Shown piece after piece: positions 53,491 to 64,000 of a stretch of DNA of 64,000 nt. Every line of letters begins with the position of its first letter. Position 1 is the first letter of the stretch. A program made the position numbers and the translations under genes. A model generated the notes under the pieces. It was not told the origin of the DNA. It made no database searches and saw only the letters and a program-made list of their open reading frames with translations. The DNA comes from Octopus sinensis (taxonomy: Eukaryota). Location: positions 34,670,464-34,734,463 of the forward strand of contig NC_043011.1 of NCBI RefSeq assembly GCF_006345805.1. Reading direction: 5' to 3'.

Positions 53491-55219
53491 TTGAAAAAAG
53501 AAAAAGAATGACTTCACTGGTAGTTCTAATCAGTTTAATTTATTATTTCTTTAATTTTTAGGATTATAAATTTTATTCTTTAGTTCGTACATCTACTAAG
53601 TTCTTTGTTAACTTGGATGGGGAGATTTTTTTTTTAATTCCTTGTAAACTTTTCTGGAGAACTTTCTCGCATTCGTTGTCAAACACAGACAAAATACCAA
53701 ACACAGGAAGATGATACAACCACCGCCAAAACTCCAAGAACAATTATTATAGACAAAATCAATGATATATGAAGATTGAGGAGAAGAACAAAAGAATCAT
53801 AGCAAACCCCCACATATTGACCACCAAACAAAATTCTACCACCCAGAAAATTATCAACATGAAATACCAGTAAACAGAATATTTCACCGCAACAGAAACA
53901 CCTCTGTCCCAAATGGGAATTCTTTTTTAGAACAAGGTGCCTCCCATCAAGTGAAACAAAAAAGGTAAAATCACCACCCTCGACGAAGAAAAACTACAGG
54001 CACCAAAATTAATCAACGTATCGGCCAAAAAATTAACACAACAGGAAATCAAACTATTTGAAAATGGACTGAAGTTCACACCAACCCCGAAAGCAGATCG
54101 AGCCGATCTTATAAAAGGCAGAAGATTTTGTCACAAATTATGTCTAGGAGAATTTTTCCAGGGTGTAGAATATGAGAAGGAGTCACTAGTGAAAAGCAAA
54201 AAGAACTTCAAACACCCCGCTAAATAGAGAAAGACACCTGGAAGAATACATAACCTGCTTACAACGATCCGTGCATTCAAATATTGTAGAAATGAAACAC
54301 AAATGTAACATCCCTACAGACCGACTGCAAGCACTAAACAAACTGCAAAAAGACTCCTCAATAATCATAAAAGCTGACAAAGGTGGAGCAATCGTCATCA
54401 TGGACAAAATACACTACAAAGATATGATCTTAGAACTGTAGAATGACGAAGGGTTTTACAGGAAAATCAACAAATGCGAAGAAAAATTTAATGATTAAAA
54501 TAGGTAAACTGACGACAAAGCACTAAAATAACCTCACACTAAAGGAAATCAATTGCTTATCTAATTTTCAAATGAAAACCAGCAATTTTTATGGATTACC
54601 GAAAGTTCACAAATCCAAAGAAATCTAAAACAACATAAAAGGCAAAAAATACATCGCATGTCGAAGTATCAAAACCGACAGATTTAAAATTACGCCCAAT
54701 TTTTGCTGGTCCAGCCTCAAGCACACACCGTCTAGACATCATTCTGAAAACCCTATGTAAAAAAAAAGTGCCAAGCTACATCTGAAATGATATCGAATTC
54801 CTGAACTATATCCCCCAGAAAGTACGCCAAGACAAATCTTAGTCAGCTTTGATGTAACAATCTTATATACTAACATCCCACACGGCTTAGGAACTGAGCC
54901 GTTGACTTCTGGATTACAAAACACCCATATTCTATTTCAGAGAGATTCCCGAAAGAGTTTATTTTAGAAGGGCTCAAATTAATATTGGAGAACAACCACT
55001 TCCTCTTTGATAACGAACTATATTTGCAGATAAAAGGAACGGCCATGGGCTACTTTGGTGACTATGGACACCAGGATAATCCGGTTCTTGACTGAAGATT
55101 GAAGGCTTCGAATGTCCCGTCCGTGTTTTTTGTATCGTCTTCTAAATGTTTTGCGTTCTTGTCCCAGTTTGTATTTTTTTACATATACATATACATATAT
55201 ATATATAATATATATATAT

Positions 55220-55302
<83 letters not shown>

Positions 55303-55404
55303 ATATACCCTCCTTCTTCCCTTCTTTCCTGAGCGTCCAATAATACTTTATTGTTCCACGTCCTTGCGTTGTTGTGTTTTTTTGTTTTCTTGTTTGATTA
55401 ACTA

Positions 55405-55446
<42 letters not shown>

Positions 55447-55820
55447 AGAGAGAGAGAGAGAGAGAAGAGGTATATATACTTTTTGTTTATTATATGTAAG
55501 GAAGTAAATATGTAAGCTAGTATGATTCACCACCATGTATACGAGGAGCTTATTTCAGTTTCCGTCTACCAAATCCACTCACAAGGCTTTGGTCGACCCG
55601 AGGCTATAGTAGTAGACACTTGCCCAAGGTGCTACGCAGTGGGACTGAACCCAGAACGATGTGGTTGGTAAGCAAGCTACTTACCACACAGCCACTCCTA
55701 ATTTTTTTTTAATCTCCCCATCCTAATTAACAAAAGAGTTACTAGATATTATTAAAAAAAAAATTTTTAACAAATTAAACTGATTAGAACTACCAGTGAA
55801 GTCATTCTTTTCCTTTCAAG
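53491..55820. repeat. ~130-bp inverted repeat pair (53491-53627 and 55711-55820)
   Basis: A perfect 40-bp core at 53502-53541 matches 55772-55811, plus a second block GGATGGGGAGATT / AATCTCCCCATCC. Confidence 0.85.
53680..55410 (+). mobile_element. Penelope-like RT (N-terminal half, degraded) plus terminal-repeat tail
   Basis: NGLKFTPTP...IIIKADKGGAIVIMD...FYGLPKVHK...KLRPIFAGP...LVSFDVTILYTNIPH...LILENNHFLFDNELYLQIKGTAMG. A CCTGAGCGTCC tail starts at 55328. Confidence 0.88.
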
Positions 55821-56058
55821 TGTATGTGTGTGAGTGTGTGTTGATATTTGAAAGTCTATGAGGATTACCTAATACAGTTATTGAAGTGTAAAGGGGGCTT
55901 AAAAAAATCATTTGTTTTAAAAACGTTATGAAACCTTTTATGAGGATGTCACTAACATTTTATCAAACACAGCATGTTTAATAAATCTGCCCACTTAAAG
56001 TATTGTACAAGTATGAAACTATTAGTAGCTCTTTTGTAATGAATATTAAATCGATATT

Positions 56059-56430
56059 TGTGGAGGCGCAATGGCCCAGTGGTTAGGGCAACGGACTCGC
56101 GGTCGTAGGAGCGCGGTTTCGATTCCCAGACCGGGCGTTGTGAGTATTTATTGAGCGAAAACACCTAAAGCTCCACGAGGCTCCGGCAGGGGATTGTGGT
56201 GATCCCTGCTGTACTCTTTCACCACAACTTTCTCTCACTCTTACTTCCTGTTTCCGTTGTACCTGTATTTCAAAGGGCCGGCCTTGTCACTCTGTGTCAC
56301 GCTGAGAACTACGTTAAGGGTACACGTGTCTGTGGAGTGCTCAGCCACTTACACGTTAATTTCACGAGCAGGCTGTTCCGTTGATCGGATCAACCGGAAC
56401 CCTCATCGTCGTGACCGACGGAGTGCTTCC
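56059..56430 (+). mobile_element. SINE family C, full length, alternative 3' tail
   Basis: tRNA-like head with A/B boxes. The tail differs from that of 49650-49932. Confidence 0.85.
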
Positions 56431-56734
56431 ATCCAAATCGATATTTATCTTTCTCTGGATGGAGTATTTTTATCGATTCTACCTGTATTGGATCTATAAA
56501 CTACATATGATATATCCTTCTTAATGTATTTTTACATTCCTTATTAATCATAATTTTTTTTCACTCATAACTGGTGTGGCTCGTTTTACCAATCTTTACT
56601 CATACATGCTATGCATGACGTTGGAATTCAGAACTTGAATGTGTAGATAGAGGTTGACACATTATTCTTGCTGGTCGGGACACATGTAAGCCCCAAGCTA
56701 TGTTATTTTTGTGTCAATTTGTATCTATAAGAAT

Positions 56735-56796
56735 ATTCTCCTGAAGAGAAGAGTGGAGCCGTTAGGTTCCTAACTTCGAAATTGCGATAAAGAATT
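56735..56796 (+). ncRNA. Type I hammerhead ribozyme (AUA triplet)
   Basis: ATTCTC-CTGAAGA-GAAG-AGT-GGAGCC-GTTA-GGTTCC-TAA-CTTC-GAAAT-TGCG-ATA-AAGAAT. There is one mismatch at the base of stem I. Confidence 0.7.
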
Positions 56797-57361
56797 AAAC
56801 TTTTATTTTTTAATTTGTGAATTTTATGTCATGTCGCCCGCCGACAGTTTTATTGTGAAGAGATAGAATATGAGTGTTTATAGTGGCTTTATAATGGTTT
56901 TTTGACTGCTATTTCTAGATATGTAAGGGTTTTTGCAACCCTCTCCGTTATAATTGTGATTTATTCATAATTGTACACACTTCTTTTATGAAATTTATGA
57001 TTAAATGTTGTTGTGTAGTGCCCTGTTGTGATTTATGGTGCGGGTTCTTGGATGACGATTGAAAAGTGTGTCCCTATATTCTATATTCGAATGTGGTGCT
57101 TTAGAGGGCCGTCGTTGGTAATTATTTCGTGTGGTACGGGTTGGTCGTGCGTGATTGTTAAATGGATAGTTGGAATAACAATTATGTTGGTATCTCCTTA
57201 TGGGGTGAGGAGGACCTGTGGTGTTGTTTCGCTAGTGGCTTATGAAGTTAGGTCTTCTATTCTTTTTTTTTTTTTTTTTTTGGTATAGGAAATGGTTCTG
57301 TTGTTTAGATAAAGACAGTTTCATAGTTTGAAAATCAAGTGACGCTTTTTCCCCCAGCGTG

Positions 57362-57395
<34 letters not shown>

Positions 57396-57649
57396 TGTAT
57401 GTATGTATGTATGTATGTATGTATGTATTAATGTATGTTTGTATGTATGTATGTATGTATGTATGTATGTATTATGCATGTATGTATGTATGTATGTATG
57501 TATGTATGTATGTATGTATGTATGTATGTATGTATTACAATTCTACCCCGACTCTGCTGCCCATTCTTCTGATCTGTCTATTTAAAATTTTTATTTATAC
57601 TTTTAGCTTATTCTTCTTCTTCTTATTGTTTTTTTCCTTCTTTCTTCAA

Positions 57650-57852
57650 TTTTTCTTCCATTTCTCGCCGAGTGTTTTCCGTACACCTAGGGCAGAGAAG
57701 CTCATGGTATGCATTCGCAGATTACACACACAAATTCACAGGTAAAATATGTATTTAAAAAAAATTTATAAATAAATAAATTCATGAATGGACGTTGTTT
57801 TCACAGCGATAATGCTCTTCTCACTACATGAGCCGTTCCAGTTAACACGATT
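57650..57852 (-). mobile_element. R4/Dong 3' end fragment
   Basis: Homologous to 30625-30820 (GCCGAGTGT...CCTAGGGCA...CACAGCGATAATGCTCTTCTCA). Confidence 0.75.
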
Positions 57853-57865
57853 TATTATTATTATT

Positions 57866-58410
57866 GAGTGAGAAAGCAGTGCATGCCATCAAAGTGGCAC
57901 TGGGGTAAAATATACGAAGCCCAGTATACCCATCATGACTACCCATCTGATAAGGGTACACCAGGCACATGCATCACAACCATATGTGCACAACATGGTG
58001 ATCTCATATCAAGACAAACAGCGCATGATCTTGCATGTGGGGCCCAGTTAGAATTTTCTTCTGGTCGAGTAGCCCATCCCGCTCAAAAGGTCCCTGAATA
58101 AGGATGTTGAACGAACTACTCATGTTTCCAAAGGTGAATTATCCAAACCTCCAAGAATTCCTTTCGACACACAGCTATGATGCTCCCCCACTACTTCTGC
58201 TCGTGGTCAGTGATGTACATATCGCCAGCCACTAAGGGACATGGTCAACTGGTTAAGGTCAAACAACTGACAAGCAAATCTGTGGTTTTGAGTAGAATAT
58301 TTGCTGTAGCCCATCTTTTATACCAAGACAAAACAATGTACATGATAACACTTCCAATCAGTTAAGATCAGAAATCATGCGAGCCACTGCCTGGTACTGC
58401 ATCAAGGCAT
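57866..58410 (-). mobile_element. ~545-bp non-coding element embedded in (TAA)n
   Basis: TAA repeats lie on both sides, and a second copy at 2261 has the same TAA-adjacent end. Confidence 0.65.
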
Positions 58411-58465
58411 TTATTATTATTATTATCATTATCATCATCATCTCATCATCATCATCATCATCATC

Positions 58466-58525
<60 letters not shown>

Positions 58526-58953
58526 TTACTTATCCAGCTGTTCTATTTTTCTTATTCTTCTTATTATTATTTTACTTAACCAGCTGTTCTATTTTCTATT
58601 GTATTCATTATATCTCTTTTTGACTAAATATACAACAGGATTACTACAATTTTTATGTTTGTACCTCACACTGTATGCTTCTATCACATGGATCTGCTAA
58701 TATTATACAATTCGGTCAGTTACTGAGCTATAATCTTTCGTGGTAAGGGTATACTTCCATATCAGTATTCAATCATAATTCTCCATCATTGCCATTTTTT
58801 CTTTTTTTTTTATTTGTATTTTATTGTTACCTTATTTTTTTCTCATTATGTTTTTCATTTCGTTTTATCATACGGCCTTTTCATGCCCCTCCATATATGT
58901 GACATTCCCGATAACTTACAGTTCGTATTTTGTGGCTGTGTGTATATATATAT

Positions 58954-58985
<32 letters not shown>

Positions 58986-59076
58986 ATATGCCTGTGTATG
59001 TACTTTTATATATGAGTGTTGTGTGGATATATATATATATACATATATATATATGGTGTGTGTGTGTGTGTGTGTG

Positions 59077-59109
<33 letters not shown>

Positions 59110-59399
59110 ATCCTCCTACTAGTAGAATCTGTGGGCTTCTTTGCAAATTGGTGGTACTCAAATGTCACATTCCATATAAGCATTATGACTGACAAAGAAA
59201 GTTTAGGTTGTCGGCTCTTCATACGTTGAAAACCAATGAGAGAGTCCATCATACATGTAAATACACAGAGAGCACGCACACACACACACACACATACACA
59301 TACATACATACATACATACATACATACATACATACATACATACATACATGTATATACATTCATATATCCATGTACGTATGCATATGCAAATGCTTACAC

Positions 59400-59435
<36 letters not shown>

Positions 59436-59704
59436 CAATACATACAATCGCAGTTTCGATTCCCAGACTAGGCGTTGTGGGTGTTTATGGAGCGAAAACA
59501 CCTAAAGCTCCACGAGGCTCCGGCAGGGGGTGGTGGCGATCCCTGCTGTACTCCTTTGCCACTACTTTCTCACACTCTTTCTTCTATTGGCCTGCTCCCT
59601 CAACCACTGGGGTGGCGTCATTTGAAGGCTAAAACAACGCGAAGCACATTGTGACCAGCGATGTGTAGCAACATCTGATAGCCTGGTCGGTCACGGTGAT
59701 ATAT

Positions 59705-59745
<41 letters not shown>

Positions 59746-59907
59746 ATCATCGTTTAACGTCCGTTTTCCATGCTAGCAAGGGTTGGACGGGTATATATAT
59801 ATTGATAGAAATGTTAAAACAACAAAAGGAAGAAAGAGACCTTGATATTATGTAAAACAGAGAAATCTATCTGTAAATATAGTATGTGACAATTATTCGG
59901 TAGCCAT

Positions 59908-59968
59908 GATAAAACTCCGAGTTTCGGATGTCGGGGCGGAAATCCACGCCGCTATCTCTTCAGTTATC
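59908..59968 (-). ncRNA. Type I hammerhead ribozyme (same family as 20219-20279)
   Basis: Reverse complement: GATAA-CTGAAGA-GATAGCGGCGTGGATTTCCGCCCCGACATCC-GAAAC-TCGGA-GTT-TTATC. Confidence 0.72.
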
Positions 59969-60201
59969 GAGCCATCGCAAAAATTACTATGTAAATGACT
60001 GTTAAAACAAAGGGAAATTACTGTGTGATTAACCGTTATTAAGACAAAAGAGCTATTAGAATGACCGCTAAGTAGGGGGAGGGGGTAAAAGTAAGGGAGT
60101 AAAAATGTTCACAGTATTCGCGTGAGCGTGTATGTCCATAAATACACAAGCGTGCCCGCATACCCACGTACATGCACCTTTATATATATATATATATCTC
60201 T

Positions 60202-60616
60202 CTCTCTCTTTACTCTTTTACTTGTTTCAGTCATTTGACTGCGGCCATGCTGGAGCACCGCCTTTAGTCGAGCAACTCGACCCCGGGACTTATTCTTTTT
60301 GTAAGCCAAGTACTTATTCTATCGGTCTCTTTTTGCCGAACCGCTAAGTGATGGGGACGTAAACACAACAGCATCGGTTGTCAAGCAATGCTAGGGGAAC
60401 AAAGACAGACACACAAACACACACATATACATACACATATATACATATATACGACAGGCTTCTTTTCAGTTTCCGTCTACCAAATCCACTCACAAGGCAT
60501 TGGTCGGCCCGGGGCTATAGCAGAAGACACTTGCCCAAGATGCCACGCAGTGGGACTGAACCCGGAACCATGTGGTTGGTTAACAAGCTACTTACCACAC
60601 AGCCACTCCTGCGCCT
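60202..60616 (-). mobile_element. SINE family B, full length
   Basis: Matches the family consensus. Further copies lie at 53054-53254, 55545-55700, 61595-61995, 62453-62660, 63094-63256 and 63715-63920. Confidence 0.9.
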
Positions 60617-61142
60617 ATGTATATGTATGTATACATATATGTGTGTAAGTATGTGAATATTGAACAATAAGAATGAGTGCTCAGCACTACATTGGTGGAT
60701 AAAAGTTCTTTATTTGTGGATTAAGACTACCATTGGTTTCATGATAAGGAAGCCCTTAACAATTATCAAGTTTGTTACATAGAACAACTGTGTTCATCTC
60801 CATTTTCGATCACAACAGGAAAAGTCACGTAAAATTCAAACAAAAAAATCACACAAAATTTTTGGGTAAACAAAAACAAGACATCAGGCAGAACAACTCT
60901 TGCTTGATTATCTCCCTTGCATTTGAATTCCAGAAAAAATTCAGTTTCTTATAATTTTTCTCGCTTATACAAATACATACACATACCTGCATTAAAATTT
61001 TAAAATTTGTGCATTTAATAGTTCATATATATGTATGTGCTCCTCCTCGTTGACAAATGTTTATCTCATGTTTTGATGTAAAAAAATTACAGTATTGTTA
61101 TGATTGCTTATATTACGAATTTGTAAATATTTTATAAGTTTA

Positions 61143-61542
61143 CTAGCAGTATCGCCCGGCGTTGCTCGGGTTTGTAAGGGAAATAACTATATAAGCATTT
61201 TTAGAGAGTTATAGCCAAAAAATAGCAAAAAAATTCATTCAGAAATGGAGAAAAAAAATTATGGTAAATTTTTTTTTAAATCGTTGACTCATCGTAGACA
61301 TTTTTAGAGAGTTACTTCCCTTATATAATAGCGAAAAAATGCATTAAAATGGAAAAAAATTATGGTAAATTTTTTTAAAATCGTAGACTCATCGTAGACG
61401 CGCGCTAATACCCAGAAGGGCTCGATATGAATCACGACTATAAGATACCCGGTTTTGGTTAAACTGCACCGCAAAATGTGGGAGTAGTTAGGAATCTAAA
61501 TCGTAGGAGACAGACACACAACTTCTCTTTTATATATAAAGA
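61143..61542 (-). mobile_element. Non-autonomous Helitron (400 bp)
   Basis: The minus strand starts A|TCTTTATATATAAAAG and ends with the hairpin CCCGAGC-AAC-GCCGGG then CGATACTGCTAG|T. It is inserted between A and T with no TSD and has internal short duplications. Confidence 0.88.
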
Positions 61543-61816
61543 TGTATTCATGCATGCACATACGTGCGCGCATTTATATATATGTACATATATACTTTTA
61601 TTTGTTTCAGTCATGTGACTTTGGCCATGCTGGAGCACCACCTTTAGTCGACCAAATCGACCCCAGGACTTATTCTTTGTAAGCCTAGTACTTATTCTAT
61701 CGGTATCTTTTGCCGAACTGCTAAGTTATGGGGACGTAAACACACCAGCATCGGTTGTCAAGCGATGTTGTGGGGACAAACACAGATTCACAAACATATA
61801 CACAGACACAAACATA

Positions 61817-63056
61817 CATATATATATATATATTGCGGGCTTCTTTGAGTTTCCATCTACCAAATCCACTCACAAGGATTTGGTCAACCCAAAACTATAG
61901 TAGAAGATACTTGCCCAAGATGCCACGCAGTGGGACTGAACCCCTGAACCATGTGGTAGGTAAGCAAGCTACTTACCACACAGCCACTCCTCCGTCTATA
62001 TGTACATACTCACAATATACATGTATGTACACATATCTGTGTAAACATTTTGGATACATAATATGTCATTGTGGACGTTCACGTATCTTACATTTTTTCA
62101 CACACATTTTGTAGAATTTCATGTATTTTTCACATTTTTACATATATTTTTACACATATTTTAATGTTGAGTTTGTAAAATTTTGGGAGTTATTGAATGA
62201 TAAGTTTGTTTAAATCATGTAATGTCCTGGGTACGCATAATACTCATATATCTGTGTGTTGAGCATGAGAACATGTGTCTTATATGTATAAAGTTCATAT
62301 GTTGCATATAGGTCGTGTTAAAGGTTAGAGAAGAAAACCTATCCAGGTTGAAGGAGTGGAAAAGTAAGTAGGGGCTCCACTTAGAAATATCAGAGTGTAA
62401 AATATTTTTTATGCAAACAGGAACAGAAGATTTCACCCCTGATATTATTTTATTCTTTTATTGTTTCAGTCATTTGACTGTGGCTATGCTGGAACACCAC
62501 ATTTAGTCGAGCAAATCGACCCCAGGACTTATTCTTTGTAAGCCTAGTACTTATTCTATCAGTCTATCTGCTGGACCACTAAGTGACGGGGACGTAACAC
62601 ACCAGCATCGGTTGTCAAGCGATGTTGGGGGGGACAACACAGACACACAAACATATACATACACACACACACACCACACACACACACACACACACCACAC
62701 ACACATATATATGTGTGTGTTCCACTGAACTTAATAAAAAAAGCCCTCCCCATTGGTAAATCTAAATAACAAAGTGAACTCAGTGATAAAAAATCTGCCC
62801 ATGAAGAAAGATCTTCTACTACCATGTTCTTACTGATGAAATTCACCTTTCTGTCTATATATCTACCCTCTTTGTAATGTTGGCAAATGGAATAAGTATA
62901 AAAATGAACATTGTCAATTTAATTTTTTAAAATTCTATAAGTGGCTGAAGAGTGCTCTACATTTTAAAACTGATGTAATATTTACAATGTTTAATTAAAT
63001 GAAGTAGCATGAAACGATTGTACTACATTACCTTTGGATATCCTTGTTGCTTATTT

Positions 63057-63096
<40 letters not shown>

Positions 63097-63920
63097 CGGG
63101 CTTCTTTGAGTTTCCATCTACCAAATCCACTCACAAGGATTTGGTCAACCCAAAACTATAGTAGAAGATACTTGCCCAAGATGCCACGCAGTGGGACTGA
63201 ACCCCTGAACCATGTGGTAGGTAAGCAAGCTACTTACCACACAGCCACTCCTCCGTCTATATGTACATACTCACAATATACATGTATGTACACATATCTG
63301 TGTAAACATTTTGGATACATAATATGTCATTGTGAACGTTCACGTATCTTACATTTTTTCACACACATTTTGTAGAATTTCATGTATTTTTCACATTTTT
63401 ACATATATTTTTACACGTATTTTAATGTTGAGTTTGTATAATTTTGGGAGTTATTGAATGATAAGTTTGTTTAAATCATGTAATGTCCTGGGTACGCATA
63501 ATACTCATATATCTGTGTGTTGAGCATGAGAACATGTGTCTTATATGTATAAAGTTCATATGTTGCATATAGGTCGTGTTAAAGGTTAGAGAAGAAAACC
63601 TATCCAGGTTGAAGGAGTGGAAAAGTAAGTAGGGGCTCCACTTAGAAATATCAGAGTGTAAAATATTTTTTATGCAAACAGGAACAGAAGATTTCACCCC
63701 TGATATTATTTTATTCTTTTATTGTTTCAGTCATTTGACTGTGGCTATGCTGGAACACCACCTTTAGTCGAGCAAATCGACCCCAGGACTTATTCTTTGT
63801 AAGCCTAGTACTTATTCTATCAGTCTATCTTGCTGGACCACTAAGTGACGGGGACGTAAACACACCAGCATCGGTTGTCAAGCGATGTTGGGGGGGACAA
63901 ACACAGACACACAAACATAT

Positions 63921-63974
<54 letters not shown>

Positions 63975-64000
63975 GTGTGTGTGTTCCACTGAACTTAATA
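61817..64000. repeat. Recent tandem duplication, period 1261 bp, running off the window end
   Basis: 61831 corresponds to 63092 and 62312 to 63573, with only a handful of differences. Confidence 0.95.
62312..62363 (+). CDS. Candidate 52-nt micro-exon (copy 1; identical copy at 63573-63624)
   Basis: TTGCATATAG|GTCGTG...TGGAAAA|GTAAGT, purine-rich, reading VVLKVREENLSRLKEWK. Confidence 0.3.

Noticed and set aside
55085-55125. CTGAAGA...GAATGTC after the PLE RT fragment
   Set aside because: It lacks GAAA and consistent stems, so it is at most a remnant.
56059-56135. tRNA gene (also at 24750 and 26047)
   Set aside because: The tRNA-like head has no acceptor stem and runs into a repeated SINE body.
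60780-60990. Minus-strand frame KNYKKLNFFWNSNAREIIKQELFCLMSCFCLPKNFV* as a terminal exon
   Set aside because: Short, with no recognisable motif or convincing acceptor.

Overview
Eukaryotic, AT-rich, microsatellite-saturated and apparently gene-poor DNA. The three tRNA-derived SINE families and the repeat landscape point to an octopod cephalopod, but this is an inference. No intact host gene is recognisable, only a few weak exon candidates. The window is mostly nested transposon remains. Retroelements include L1/Tx1, RTE, R4/Dong (sitting in TAA tracts), several Penelope-like elements (PLEs), a Mag-type Gypsy provirus and a solo LTR. DNA elements include Tc1 DD36E, maT DD37D, mariner scraps, Chapaev3, a non-autonomous Helitron and foldback MITEs. 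The most notable signal is nine type I hammerhead-ribozyme cores plus one truncated half, from at least six different sequence families. Several lie in short non-coding elements and carry unusually long stem II insertions, suggesting retrozyme-like or PLE-terminal-repeat-like mobile RNAs. Other oddities: a 7x58-bp array of SINE heads, a roughly 1-kb palindromic Merlin-like foldback, a locally templated insertion with complementary deletions, an inverted Tc1 3' end, a long inverted-repeat pair enclosing a PLE RT fragment, and a recent 1261-bp tandem duplication containing a candidate micro-exon. Coordinates of degraded repeats are approximate, and all alignments and folds were done by eye.
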